A stretch of 34,620 bases of DNA from an uncultured Acidimicrobiaceae bacterium (GCA_964501055.1 CAZCRP010000003.1:1-34620), one strand, 5' to 3'; counted from the stretch's first letter, positions 8,251 through 20,536 are shown. Numbers and translations: made by a program. Notes: generated by a model not told the origin, from the letters alone.

Positions 8251-9747
8251 ATGACAGCCGAAGGAATGCTCGATGGAGCGGGCTACCTGGCGAGCCTGGT
8301 CGACGGGCGGGAGATCTGGTTCGACGGCGAGCGCGTCGAGGACGTCACCACCCACCCCGCCTTCCGCAACGCGTCGCGCTCGATCGCCCACCTCTACGAC
8401 CTGCTGCACGACCCGTCCACCCGTGACCTGACCACCACCACCGACCAGGAGGGGACGGTCACCCACGCTTTCTTCGCCCCGGCCTATTCCGCCGCCGACC
8501 TGCTGGCGGCACGGGAGGCGATCGCGGTGTGGCAGCAGGCGACCTACGGGTGGATGGGGCGCACGCCGGACTACAAGGCGGCCTTCATGGCCCAACTGGC
8601 CGAGGGTCATGCGTTCTACGCCGAGTACGGCCCCAACGCCCTCGCGTGGTACCGGAGGTGCGCCCGGCGGGTGCTGTACATGAACCATGTCTTGATCGAC
8701 CCGCCGGTCGACCGTCATCTTTCCCGGGCCGAGGTCGGCGACGTGTACGTGAAGCTCGATCGCGAGGAGGACTCGGGCATCAGGGTCAGCGGCGCCAAGA
8801 TGGTCGCCACCGCCTCGGCCCTCACCCACGCCACCTTCGTCGCCGTGAACAGCGGCACCGCCGCCCGGATGGAGCAGGGAAGGGACGAGGACATGGCGTT
8901 GGTGTTCATCGCCGACATGACGACTCCGGGGCTCAAGCTCATCTCCCGGCCCTCCTACGAGTTGGGTGCCCATCCCTTCGACGCGCCACTGGCGTCCCGC
9001 TTCGACGAGAACGACGCCGTGATGGTCTTCGACGACGCCCTGATCCCGTGGGAGAACGTGCTGGTGTACCGCGACGTGGAACGAACGAAGGGCTTCTACG
9101 CCGAGTCGGGTTTCTTCAACCGTTACAACTTCCAGGCCTCGATCCGGCTCGCCACCAAGCTCGACTTCTGCATCGGGCTGTTGCAACGGGGTACCCAGGC
9201 GAGCGGGACCGGCGATTTCCGCGGGGTCCAGGCCGACATCGGGGAGCTGGTGGCCATGCGGGATCTCATCTGGGCGCTGTCGTCGGCGATGGCGCACGAT
9301 CCCGAGCCGGGCATCGGCCGGTCGGTGGTGCCCCGGCTGCAGACGGCGGCGGCGGCCAGGGTGTACATGACGAATGCGTGGCAGCGGGTGCGCGACATCT
9401 TCGAGAGCACCCTGGCCGGGGCACCCACCTTCACCGTGTCCGGCCCCGCCGATCTCACCGCTCCCGAACTCGAACCCATCATCGCGCGCTACTACCGCGG
9501 GACGGGTCTGAGCGGTCCGGAGCGCATCAAGCTCTTCAAGCTCGTGTGGGACGCCCTGTACTCGGAGTTCGCCGGCCGCCATGCGCTCTACGAGCGGAAC
9601 TACGCCGGCAACCAGGATCAGCAGCGTCTGGACGCGCTGCGGTGGTCGCAGCTGCGCGGTGACGCCGACCGGCGCGATGCCCTGGTCGAAGCCTGTCTCG
9701 CCGACTACGACACCACGGGCTGGCTCGCCCCGCATCTCCGGGACTGA
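8251..9747 (+). CDS. 4-hydroxyphenylacetate 3-hydroxylase family (HpaB-like, group D flavin-dependent monooxygenase), oxygenase component
   Basis: 'YLASLVDGREIW...DVTTHPAF', 'MGRTPDYKA', 'SRFDENDA', 'GRHALYERNYAG'; GGGAGG before ATG 8251; substrate unknown. Confidence 0.9.
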   Translation: MTAEGMLDGAGYLASLVDGREIWFDGERVEDVTTHPAFRNASRSIAHLYDLLHDPSTRDLTTTTDQEGTVTHAFFAPAYSAADLLAAREAIAVWQQATYGWMGRTPDYKAAFMAQLAEGHAFYAEYGPNALAWYRRCARRVLYMNHVLIDPPVDRHLSRAEVGDVYVKLDREEDSGIRVSGAKMVATASALTHATFVAVNSGTAARMEQGRDEDMALVFIADMTTPGLKLISRPSYELGAHPFDAPLASRFDENDAVMVFDDALIPWENVLVYRDVERTKGFYAESGFFNRYNFQASIRLATKLDFCIGLLQRGTQASGTGDFRGVQADIGELVAMRDLIWALSSAMAHDPEPGIGRSVVPRLQTAAAARVYMTNAWQRVRDIFESTLAGAPTFTVSGPADLTAPELEPIIARYYRGTGLSGPERIKLFKLVWDALYSEFAGRHALYERNYAGNQDQQRLDALRWSQLRGDADRRDALVEACLADYDTTGWLAPHLRD

Positions 9748-9753
9748 TCCGCC

Positions 9754-10536
9754 TCACAGCGAGCCGAGAAACGTCTCGACTCGGGCCGTGAACGCCTCCG
9801 GGGCGTCGACGTTCGAGAGGTGCCCCGCCCCGGCGATGATCTCCAGTTGACTGCCGGTGATCGCCCGGTGGAGCTCCTCGGCCTGGCTGGGAGGCGTGGA
9901 CACGTCCTCGCTCCCGCCGATGACGAGGGATGGCACGGTGATGGCGCCCACGGCGCCGGTGAGATCGGCGGCACCGAGGGCCTGGCAACAGCCGATGTAG
10001 CCGTCAGGGTCGGTGCGGACAAAGGTCGCAACGAGGCGATCCCATCCCGCCGGGTCCCGCGCCCGGAACCCTGCGGACACGAAGCGGGCGACGATCTCGG
10101 GGGCCATGTCCTCCATCCCCCGGGCGCGGATCGCGGCCACCCGCGCCTCCCACCCCTCGGCCGACCCGACCCTGGCGGCGGTGTTGGCGGACACCATGGC
10201 CAGCAACCGTGACGGGTGGCGGATGGCGAGCGACAGGGCGACCTGGCCGCCCATCGACACTCCGCACATGGCGAATCGCTCGATCCCTTCTGCGTCCGCC
10301 ACCGCCAGAGTCAGCCCCGCCAGCCGCTCGATGGTGTACGGCCCGGGAGGGACGTCCGAGCCGCCGTGGCCGAGGGAGTCGACGAGCACGAGCCGGTGAC
10401 TCCGGGAGAGCCGGTCGATCTGCGGGTCCCACATCGAGCGGTCCGTGCCGAGCGAGTGCGCGAGCAACACCGGCATGCCCTGGCGCGGGCCGACGACCTC
10501 GTAGGCCACCGCCGCGCCGTCGTGGGTCGCCCTCAC
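9754..10536 (-). CDS. pcaD: 3-oxoadipate enol-lactonase
   Basis: 'HSLGTDRSMWDPQ', 'GVSMGG' nucleophile elbow, 'GHLSNV'; GTGA overlap with the pcaB stop. Confidence 0.9.
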   Translation of the reverse strand: MRATHDGAAVAYEVVGPRQGMPVLLAHSLGTDRSMWDPQIDRLSRSHRLVLVDSLGHGGSDVPPGPYTIERLAGLTLAVADAEGIERFAMCGVSMGGQVALSLAIRHPSRLLAMVSANTAARVGSAEGWEARVAAIRARGMEDMAPEIVARFVSAGFRARDPAGWDRLVATFVRTDPDGYIGCCQALGAADLTGAVGAITVPSLVIGGSEDVSTPPSQAEELHRAITGSQLEIIAGAGHLSNVDAPEAFTARVETFLGSL

Positions 10537-11663
10537 CCGCGAATCGTCTCCCATCGCGCCATCGCCCGGTCGATGAACACGTTCGTCGCCCCGAAGACCG
10601 ACTCGTCGACCTCACCCGCCCGGCCGGCCATGGCGGCGGCGTCGACCTGGAGCGAGTCCACCGTCCGCACCGCCGCCTCCAGCGCCGCCCCGGCGGTCTG
10701 GAAGACGATCGGCAGGATCACCCACTCCGCATGCCAGGGACCCGCCGCCCGGTCGAGCGAATGCGGGCGCAGCGCGGCCGACATCGCCCCACAGACCTGG
10801 GAGGCGGCCACTGCCCGAATGGCGTCGATCGGGTTCCGCTTGCCGGGAACGGCAGAGGAGCCGCCGGCCCGGACGGACACCTCCGCCACCTCGGTCTGGG
10901 CGAGGTCGATCACATCACCGGCCACCTTGGCGGCTGTCTCGGCGATCGAGCGACAGGCGTCCACCGCCTGGCGAATCGGCCTGCGGTCGGTGTGCCACGG
11001 CATCGTCGGCGTCCGCAGCGACAGTTCCTCGGCCAGCGCTTCCACCACCCGGACGGGATCGGTGCCGAGTCCGGCGCCGGTTCCCACCGCGCCACCGAGC
11101 TGCACCGGCAGTTCGGAACGGACCGATCGCACGAGCGACAGGTCGGCGGCCAGGGGCACGAGCCACTGGGCGCATCGCATCCCGAAGGTGGTCGGGAGCG
11201 CCTGCTGGCGAAACGTCCGGCCGATGGTCACCGTGCGACGGTGATCGGCGGCGAGCCGGGCGACGGCGTTGCCCAGCTCGAGGAGATCGGCCGTGAACGT
11301 CGCCAGCGACTGTTCGATCTGGATCATGGCCGCGGTGTCGACGATGTCCTGGCTGGTGGCGCCCAGATGGACGAACTCGGCCGTCTCGGCTCCGACCGCG
11401 TCACGCAGCCGGGCGACGAGACCGATCACCGGCGATCCCGACTCCCATCCCTCGCCCAACAGCGCATCCGCATCCACCGTCAGCTCGTCGCAGGCGCGGA
11501 CGATCCGGGCGGCGGAGAGCTCGGGCATGAGCCCGCTGACCGCCTGGGCCCTGGCCAGGGCCGCCTCCACCTCGATCATCGCCCCCACCCTGGCCTGGTT
11601 CGACCACAGCACGGCCAGCGCCTCGGTCGTGAAGCCGGGATCGAGAAACGTCGTGGTCGTCAT
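10533..11663 (-). CDS. pcaB: 3-carboxy-cis,cis-muconate cycloisomerase (short form)
   Basis: 'VHLGATSQDIVDTA', 'GRTFRQQALP', 'QLGGAVGT', 'GGSSAVPGKRNP'; pca context. Confidence 0.88.
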   Translation of the reverse strand: MTTTTFLDPGFTTEALAVLWSNQARVGAMIEVEAALARAQAVSGLMPELSAARIVRACDELTVDADALLGEGWESGSPVIGLVARLRDAVGAETAEFVHLGATSQDIVDTAAMIQIEQSLATFTADLLELGNAVARLAADHRRTVTIGRTFRQQALPTTFGMRCAQWLVPLAADLSLVRSVRSELPVQLGGAVGTGAGLGTDPVRVVEALAEELSLRTPTMPWHTDRRPIRQAVDACRSIAETAAKVAGDVIDLAQTEVAEVSVRAGGSSAVPGKRNPIDAIRAVAASQVCGAMSAALRPHSLDRAAGPWHAEWVILPIVFQTAGAALEAAVRTVDSLQVDAAAMAGRAGEVDESVFGATNVFIDRAMARWETIRG

Positions 11664-11687
11664 GCGGCCCTTCCCTCCGTCGTGGCG

Positions 11688-12275
11688 TCAGAAGTCGAAG
11701 AACACCGTCTCGTCCTGGCCCTGGAACCGGAGTGTGATCTCGTAGCGGGCCGGGTCCTCCGAGCCCTCGACCCGCCGCGCGATCAGCGTGTGGCGTCGCC
11801 CGGCGGGCACCATGCCGAGCACCAGGTCGTGCTCGTTGGCGTCGTTCTCGTCCGAGAAGTAGATCCGGGTGTACACCGGTCGCAGCATTCCCCTCCCCTG
11901 GATCATCACGTTGATGTGGGGAGCCTGCGGCTCTCCCTCCGGGTCGGGCACCGGGCCGGGCTTCACGGTGTCGAGATGGAACGTGCCATCGTGGAACGAC
12001 GTCTGGGCTCGGCCGAAGCCGGTGAACGCCGCCTCGAGGGCGATGCTCGCCCTGCGGTCGTCGGGATGGCGGTATCGGCCACCGGCGTTGGCCTGCCAGA
12101 ACTCGATCAGGCCATCCTCGATGTGGCGGCCCTTGCCGTCCACCAGCGTTCCCTCGATGCGGATGCGTTCCCCGCCCACCTGGCCGGAGGCCAACGAATC
12201 CTCCCCCGGCGCCGCCAGTCGCATGGAGAAGTACGGACCGGCCGTCTGTGACGGGGTGAGGCCGAGCTTCGTCAC
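11688..12275 (-). CDS. pcaG: protocatechuate 3,4-dioxygenase alpha subunit
   Basis: 'TPSQTAGPYF', 'EFWQANAGG', 'QAPHINV', 'ETVFFDF'; GTGA overlap with pcaH. Confidence 0.96.
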   Translation of the reverse strand: MTKLGLTPSQTAGPYFSMRLAAPGEDSLASGQVGGERIRIEGTLVDGKGRHIEDGLIEFWQANAGGRYRHPDDRRASIALEAAFTGFGRAQTSFHDGTFHLDTVKPGPVPDPEGEPQAPHINVMIQGRGMLRPVYTRIYFSDENDANEHDLVLGMVPAGRRHTLIARRVEGSEDPARYEITLRFQGQDETVFFDF

Positions 12276-12994
12276 CGGTCGTCCTCGAACGGTGTGGCGG
12301 CCGGACCGCGCAGCACGATGTCCCACCGCCAACCCAGGGCCCAGTTCTCGACCGTGACATCGTGGTCGTAGCGGGCGACGAGCCGGTGGCGGGTGTGCTC
12401 CGGGACGGAGCCGAAGATCGGGTCGAGCGGGAGCAACTGGTCACCGGCGAAGTAGAGCTGGGTGATCAACCGGCTGCCCCACGAGGGCCCGAGCAGCGAG
12501 AAGTGGATGTGGGCGGGCCGCCAGGCGTTGGGGTGATTGCCCCATGGGTACGGTCCTGGCTTCACCGTGAGGAAGCGATACCAGCCGTCGTCGTCGGTGA
12601 GACACTGGCCCACGCCGATGAAGTTGGGGTCCAGCGGGGCGGGGAACTCCGTTTCGCGCCAGTGGACGTACCGCCCGCAGGCGTTGGCCTGCCACACCTC
12701 GACCAGCGTGCCGGGTAACGGATGCCCGTCCTCGTCCAGCACCCGTCCGGTGACGATGATGCGCTCGCCGATGGCGGCCGAACCGGTGCCGGCATTGGTC
12801 GTCAGGTCGGCGTCCTCCGCCGCCAGCTCCGAGTACGCCAGTCCGGGACCGGTGGTCTCCGACAGCGTCTGGACGATCTTCACCGGGTCGTGGTCGGGCG
12901 AGCGGGCGATGGTCGACTTGTAGTCGGGGTAGCGGAACGGGGGATGATCCTCGGGGTGGGCGGGAGTCAGGTGGCGGAGCTCGACGTCATCCAC
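12272..12994 (-). CDS. pcaH: protocatechuate 3,4-dioxygenase beta subunit
   Basis: 'DYKST', 'WQANACGRY', 'PGPYPW', 'RPAHIHFS' (Tyr/Tyr/His/His Fe ligands). Confidence 0.97.
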   Translation of the reverse strand: MDDVELRHLTPAHPEDHPPFRYPDYKSTIARSPDHDPVKIVQTLSETTGPGLAYSELAAEDADLTTNAGTGSAAIGERIIVTGRVLDEDGHPLPGTLVEVWQANACGRYVHWRETEFPAPLDPNFIGVGQCLTDDDGWYRFLTVKPGPYPWGNHPNAWRPAHIHFSLLGPSWGSRLITQLYFAGDQLLPLDPIFGSVPEHTRHRLVARYDHDVTVENWALGWRWDIVLRGPAATPFEDDR

Positions 12995-13361
12995 GCCCGT
13001 CGCCTCCGCTGATCTCCTTCAGCCGCCGCATCCCGGCGTGGGCGGCGGGGATCCCGGCGTACACGCCGACGTGGAACATCACCTCGGCGATCTCCTCGGG
13101 GGTGGCGCCGGTGTTGGCGGCGGCGCGCAGATGGAGATCGAGCTCCTCGCGCCCTGCTGCCGCCAGGAGGGCGATCGTGACGAGGCTGCGAGTGCGGCGA
13201 TCGAGGCCGGGACGGGTCCAGACCGAACCCCACGCCGCCTCGGTGATCCAACGCTGGAAGCCGGCGTCCAGCTCGGTGGTCTCACGGCCCGCTCGTTCCA
13301 CGTGTTCGGTGCCCAGCACCTCGCGCCGTGCAGCCATCCCTCGCTCGTAGGTGTCGTCCAT
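12987..13361 (-). CDS. pcaC: 4-carboxymuconolactone decarboxylase
   Basis: 'YERGMAARREVLG', 'AWGSVWTRPGLDRRTRSL', 'VYAGIPAA'; start ATG 13361 with GAGAGG upstream. Confidence 0.93.
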   Translation of the reverse strand: MDDTYERGMAARREVLGTEHVERAGRETTELDAGFQRWITEAAWGSVWTRPGLDRRTRSLVTIALLAAAGREELDLHLRAAANTGATPEEIAEVMFHVGVYAGIPAAHAGMRRLKEISGGDGRG

Positions 13362-13369
13362 GCGCCCTC

Positions 13370-15645
<2,276 letters not shown>

Positions 15646-15705
15646 GTGTTCTCCTCTCTCACCACCCGGGATCGAGGCTACCCCGCCTCCCGGGCGGCAT
15701 GGCGG

Positions 15706-17241
15706 TCAGTCGGTCGGATCCCGCAGCTTGAATCGCTGGATCTTGCCGGTGGCGGTGCGCGGGAAGTCGGCGACGTAGTCGATCACGTGCGGGTACTGGT
15801 AGCGCTGCAGTCCCTCTTTGCACCACTCCTGCAACCGCGCGGTGAGCGCCTCGCTCGGCTGCACGCCCTCAGCCAGTATCACCGCCGCCTTGATCCGGGA
15901 CCGATGGTCGATGTCTACCTGCACGACCGCCGCCTCCCGCACCTCGGGATCCTCCATCAGGCGGTTCTCGATCTCGATCGGGCTGACCCACAGCCCGCCG
16001 ACCTTCATCATGTCGTCGACCCGTCCCTCGTAGGTGAGGTAGCCGTCGTCGTCGGCGTGGTAGCGGTCCCCGGTGAGGAACCACTCGCCCCGCATCTTGT
16101 CGCGGGTCCGCTCCGACTGGTGCCAGTAGTAGGCGAGCGCGGAGGGGCCCTTGACCCACATCTCGCCTGCCTCCCCCGGAGCGCACCGTTCGCCTTCCGG
16201 GTCGCGGATCTCGATCTCGTACCCGTCCACCGGCCATCCCGAGGTGCCGGGTCTGACCCGACCGGCTCGGTTGGAGCAATAGATGTGGAGCATCTCGGTG
16301 GATCCCACGCCGTCGAGGATCTCGATGCCGGTGCGATCGTGGAACCTGCGCCAGATCTCCGGTGGCAGCGATTCAGCCGCCGAGATCCCGAGTCGCACCG
16401 ACGACCAGTCCACTGTGTCGAACTCGGGGGCGGCGAGCAGCGCGTTGTAGAGCGCCGGCACCGAGAAGAACAGGTCGGGCCGGTGGGTGGCAACCCGCTC
16501 CAGCAGGCGGTCAGGCGTCGGTCGCCCGGTGAGGTACACGGAAGTGGCTCCCACCCACAGGGGAAAGCTCAGGTTGTTGCCCAGCCCGTAGGCGTGGAAC
16601 ATCTTCGTGCTCGAGAAGACGACTTCGCCGCTCTCGATCCCGGTGACCGGAATGGCGTAGTTGACGCAGGTGGCCGCGACGTCGGCGTGGGTGTGGACGA
16701 CGCCTTTGGGGCGTCCCGTCGAGCCGGAGCTGTACAGCCAGAAGGCCATGTCGTCGACGTGGGTATCGACCGGCTGGACCTCGTCGGTCCCGTCCGCCAG
16801 CCAGGCGTCGAACGAGACCGTGCCCGCCGGCGCCGCCCCGTTCGCCACGACGACCCTCACGTGGGGTCGGGGGGCCAGTTGCGGGCCGAGCGCCGGCAGG
16901 AAGGGGTGGTCCACGATGGCGGCGACGGCGTACGAGTCGTCGAGGAAGTAGCCGTAGTCGTCGGGCCGGAGGAGGAAGTTGACCGGCACCGGCACCGCCC
17001 CGATCCGCATCGCTCCGAGAAAGGCCGCGGGGAAGGCGGGGGTGTCGTCGAGGACCAGCAGCACCCGATCCTCCCGTCCCACCCCCAGCTCGCGCAGGTG
17101 TGCAGCCACCCGGCACACGTCGCGATGGACCTCGGCGGCGGTGACGCGGCGGTCATCAGCGGTGATGAGCGCCGTCTCCCCATTCCGGCCGTCTTCGAGC
17201 CACCCGTCGATGAGCGTGCTCGTGTTCACGCCCGTCTGCAT
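15706..17241 (-). CDS. benzoate-CoA ligase family protein
   Basis: 'FWLYSSGSTGRPKG', 'FHAYGLGN', 'LDGVGSTEMLHIY', 'TATGKIQRFKLR'; GGGAGG before ATG 17241. Confidence 0.93.
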   Translation of the reverse strand: MQTGVNTSTLIDGWLEDGRNGETALITADDRRVTAAEVHRDVCRVAAHLRELGVGREDRVLLVLDDTPAFPAAFLGAMRIGAVPVPVNFLLRPDDYGYFLDDSYAVAAIVDHPFLPALGPQLAPRPHVRVVVANGAAPAGTVSFDAWLADGTDEVQPVDTHVDDMAFWLYSSGSTGRPKGVVHTHADVAATCVNYAIPVTGIESGEVVFSSTKMFHAYGLGNNLSFPLWVGATSVYLTGRPTPDRLLERVATHRPDLFFSVPALYNALLAAPEFDTVDWSSVRLGISAAESLPPEIWRRFHDRTGIEILDGVGSTEMLHIYCSNRAGRVRPGTSGWPVDGYEIEIRDPEGERCAPGEAGEMWVKGPSALAYYWHQSERTRDKMRGEWFLTGDRYHADDDGYLTYEGRVDDMMKVGGLWVSPIEIENRLMEDPEVREAAVVQVDIDHRSRIKAAVILAEGVQPSEALTARLQEWCKEGLQRYQYPHVIDYVADFPRTATGKIQRFKLRDPTD

Positions 17242-17242
17242 C

Positions 17243-18250
17243 TCAGCCTCCCCGGCCCATGGCACCTCGCCGTCTCGTCACCGCCACGATCATCCTTCGC
17301 AGCGACGGAATCAACCCGCGCCGGAACCCGAGGAACAGCGCGAGGATCAGCACGCCGTAGACGACTTCGCGGAGTTGGCCGAACTCGATCAGATACTCGT
17401 CGAGCAGACGGAGCGTCACGGCACCGATGACCGGACCGAGCAGCGTTCCGATCCCACCGAAGGCGAGCATCACCAGCACCCTGATGTCGACGCTGCCGAA
17501 GTCGTACGTGGTCGGACCGATGAAGCCTTCGTATACCGCGTACAACGAGCCGGTGAAGCCGAGCATCGCCGACCCGATCAGCCCGGCCATGATCCGGTAA
17601 CGCGCGACGTCCACTCCCGCCAGACCCGCCGCGATCTCGTCGTCGCGCAGCGCACGGAAGGCCCAGCCGATATGCGAGCGCTGGAGAAGGCGGAAGACGA
17701 CCAGGTACAGGACGACGAGGGCGAGGAACACGTAATAGGCGGTCAAGCGGTCGCGGAGGATCGTTCCCGTGCCGGTCGCCACGAGCAGGCCGGTCTCGCC
17801 CCCGGTGAGATTGCGGCGGCCGAGCACGAAGTTCGAGAAGGACAGTGAGAACGCCAGCGTGACGATGCCGGTGAAGATGACATCGAGGCGGCGCCGCACC
17901 GCCACCCAGCTGAAGGCTCCCCCCAGCAGACACGAGAAGAGGGTGGCGACAGCGACCCCGAGGGCGGCCGGCACCCCCACCTGATCGGCCAGGATGACCG
18001 TCGTGTACCCCCCGATGCCGGCCAGCGCCCCGACGCACAGGAAGAGCTGCCCGGTGGCGCCGAAGATCACGTTGAACGCGATCCCGTAGGCGGAGAAGAG
18101 CAGCCAGCCGACGGCGATGCGCATCCACAGCCGGGAGTCGGACAGCCAGATCGGCGGCAGTGCCAGCACGAGCGCCGTGACGGCGATGGGGAGATAGGCG
18201 ACGAGCGCGGAGCTGCGCAGGGTGAGCCGATCACGCGCCGCCGTCGTCAT
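17243..18250 (-). CDS. Liv-type (HAAT) ABC transporter permease, LivM-like
   Basis: 'LTGGETGL', 'GWAFRALRDDEIAA', 'GGIGTLLGPVIG'; ATGA overlap. Confidence 0.92.
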   Translation of the reverse strand: MTTAARDRLTLRSSALVAYLPIAVTALVLALPPIWLSDSRLWMRIAVGWLLFSAYGIAFNVIFGATGQLFLCVGALAGIGGYTTVILADQVGVPAALGVAVATLFSCLLGGAFSWVAVRRRLDVIFTGIVTLAFSLSFSNFVLGRRNLTGGETGLLVATGTGTILRDRLTAYYVFLALVVLYLVVFRLLQRSHIGWAFRALRDDEIAAGLAGVDVARYRIMAGLIGSAMLGFTGSLYAVYEGFIGPTTYDFGSVDIRVLVMLAFGGIGTLLGPVIGAVTLRLLDEYLIEFGQLREVVYGVLILALFLGFRRGLIPSLRRMIVAVTRRRGAMGRGG

Positions 18251-19101
18251 CGCCGTCCCAGCAGGCCGGCAGGGCGGAGGACGATCGTGAGGGCGGCAGC
18301 CACCAGCAGCACGATCGTCGTGATGTACGAACCAATCAGAAACGAGCTGACGGTGTGGACCACCCCGAGCAGCAGCCCGGCCAGGAATGCGCCGGAGACG
18401 CTGCCCAGGCCCCCGACGACGGTCACGATCAACGCCAGGATCGTCAGGTTCACTCCGGCGGTCACGAGGATGGGCGACGTCATCGAGCGGGTCACCGCCA
18501 CCAGGCCGGCGAGGGACGCACTGAGGAAGAAGATCAGACTGCGAACCGCGGCCGGATTGATCCCGACGAGCCTGGCGCCGTACTCGTCCTGGATCACGGA
18601 CCGCACGGCCTTGCCCAGCGGCGAGTAGCGGAAGAAGAGGACCAACAGCACGCCCGCCGCCACCGTGATCGCCGAGGCCAGCAGGCTCCCGGTGCGCATC
18701 CTGACGCCCAGGATCTCCACTGCCGTGCCCCCGATGTTGAGACTGAGCTGGGTGATCGGATACCGCCACACCAGCAGGCCCTCGATGATGAAACCCACGC
18801 CCAGCGTGAGCAGGAGGCCGAGCAGCACCCGCTCCTCACCCTCCCGCCTGTAGACGGGCCGCATCAGCGTGTTGTCGATCGTCAGGCCGATGAGTCCGGC
18901 GAGGATGATGCCGAGGAGCGCCGCCCAGCCGGCGCGCATCCCGCCCGCCATCGCCAGCGACGTGCCGATCGCCCCGGCGACCGCGATCTGACCGTGGGCG
19001 AGGTTGAGTACCCCGCCCAGCCCGTAGATCAACGTCATCCCGACCCCGAGCAGCCCGAATTGCAGCCCCAGCACGATGCCGTCGAGGACGACCGCGGTCA
19101 T
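18247..19101 (-). CDS. Liv-type ABC transporter permease, LivH-like
   Basis: 'GMTLIYGLGGVLNLAHG', 'LGKAVRSV', 'VGGLGSVSG'. Confidence 0.93.
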   Translation of the reverse strand: MTAVVLDGIVLGLQFGLLGVGMTLIYGLGGVLNLAHGQIAVAGAIGTSLAMAGGMRAGWAALLGIILAGLIGLTIDNTLMRPVYRREGEERVLLGLLLTLGVGFIIEGLLVWRYPITQLSLNIGGTAVEILGVRMRTGSLLASAITVAAGVLLVLFFRYSPLGKAVRSVIQDEYGARLVGINPAAVRSLIFFLSASLAGLVAVTRSMTSPILVTAGVNLTILALIVTVVGGLGSVSGAFLAGLLLGVVHTVSSFLIGSYITTIVLLVAAALTIVLRPAGLLGRR

Positions 19102-19796
19102 GCCACACCGAGATAGGCGCGACGTACCTCGGGGTTTGCCTCCAGTTCGGCCGAGGTGCCCTCGATCTCGAACCGGCCGTTCTCGAGCACGTAGCCGCGG
19201 TCGGCGAGCGCCAGGGCGAGCGGCAGCTGCTGTTCGGCCAGCAGGATCGTGAGACCCTGGCCACGCAACTCCCCCAGCGCCACGTAGGCCTCGGCGGCGA
19301 GTTTCGGCGCCAGCCCGGTGGTGGGCTCGTCCAGCATGATGAGGCGGGGCCGGGACATGAGCGCCCGACCCACCGCGAGCATCTGCTGTTCCCCGCCGCT
19401 CATCGTCCCCGCCCGTTGCTGGGCTCGCTCGGCCAGCCGCGGGAAGAGCGAGAACACCATCGCCAGCACCGCCCTATCGGGCCGGGCCGGGTAGGCGCCC
19501 AGCGCCAAGTTCTCGGTCACCGTCATCTGCGGGAACAGGTGGCGTTCGGCCGGCACATAGGCCAAACCGGCCCTCGCCAGACGGTGGGTGGCCGCCCGCG
19601 AGACGTCGTTGCCGTCGAAGCGGACCACACCGGAGGAAGCCGGTAGCAGGCCGCAGATGGCGCGGAAGAGCGTGGTCTTGCCTGCGCCGTTGGAGCCGAT
19701 GATGGCGACCGCGTCACCGTCGTCGACATGGAAGCGCAGGTCGTGGACGACGTCCTCGCCCAGATAGCCGGCCGACAGGCCTTCCACCTCAAGCAC
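19098..19796 (-). CDS. ABC transporter ATPase, LivF-like
   Basis: GSNGAGKT, MSGGEQQM, MLDEP, 'VRRAYLG'. Confidence 0.95.
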   Translation of the reverse strand: MLEVEGLSAGYLGEDVVHDLRFHVDDGDAVAIIGSNGAGKTTLFRAICGLLPASSGVVRFDGNDVSRAATHRLARAGLAYVPAERHLFPQMTVTENLALGAYPARPDRAVLAMVFSLFPRLAERAQQRAGTMSGGEQQMLAVGRALMSRPRLIMLDEPTTGLAPKLAAEAYVALGELRGQGLTILLAEQQLPLALALADRGYVLENGRFEIEGTSAELEANPEVRRAYLGVA

Positions 19797-20529
19797 CGCC
19801 CACCGCCGTGCCGAGATACGCCTCCACCACCGCGGGTTCCCGCATCACGACCTGCGGGCTCCCGTCGGCGAGGAGCTTCCCGAAGTCGAGTACCACCACC
19901 CTCTCGGCCAGCCGCATCACCGCCTTCATGACATGTTCCACCCAGATCACCGTCACGTCGAACGAGTCACGGATCGTGCGGACCATCTCGATCGAAGCGC
20001 TGAGCTCGGTGTCGTTGAGCCCCGCCATGACCTCGTCGATCAACAGCATGGTCGGGCGCCCCGCCACCGCCCTGGCCAGGTCGAGGAACCGCTGCTCGTG
20101 GAGGTTCAGCGAGCCGACCTCATGGTGCGCCCGGTCCGCGAGACCGACCAGCTCCAGCGACTGGTCGGCGATCGAGGCGGCCGTGCCCTCCGACTGTCTG
20201 CCGCCGGGCGTCCCGAACATCGAGCCGAGCACGACGTTCTCCCGCACGGTCATCTCGTGGAAGGCGCGGGGGGTCTGCAACACCATCGCGATGCCGCGCT
20301 GGCGGACGACATGGGCCGCCAGGCCACCGATCTCCTCACCCCGGAACCGGATCGAGCCACCCGAAGGCGACTGCAGACCGGCGATCGTCTTCAGCAGGGT
20401 GCTCTTCCCCGCGCCATTGGGGCCGACGATGGCGAGGATCTCGCCTTCGTCGACCCCGAACGACACCCCATCCACGGCCGGGAGGCCGCCGAAGCGCTTC
20501 GCGACCGATGTCAACTCCAGGACGGGCAC
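19789..20529 (-). CDS. ABC transporter ATPase, LivG-like
   Basis: GPNGAGKS, 'LIDEVMAGLN', 'VEHVM', 'VVEAYLG'. Confidence 0.95.
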   Translation of the reverse strand: MPVLELTSVAKRFGGLPAVDGVSFGVDEGEILAIVGPNGAGKSTLLKTIAGLQSPSGGSIRFRGEEIGGLAAHVVRQRGIAMVLQTPRAFHEMTVRENVVLGSMFGTPGGRQSEGTAASIADQSLELVGLADRAHHEVGSLNLHEQRFLDLARAVAGRPTMLLIDEVMAGLNDTELSASIEMVRTIRDSFDVTVIWVEHVMKAVMRLAERVVVLDFGKLLADGSPQVVMREPAVVEAYLGTAVGGA

Positions 20530-20536
20530 GGTCCTC

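Noticed and set aside
15703-15718. Possible fourth TetR operator at the ligase stop (ccgaccgactgaccgc on the minus strand)
   Set aside because: Only a half-site matches; GAC-TGA gene endings also occur at unrelated genes (phoU-like, hpaB-like)
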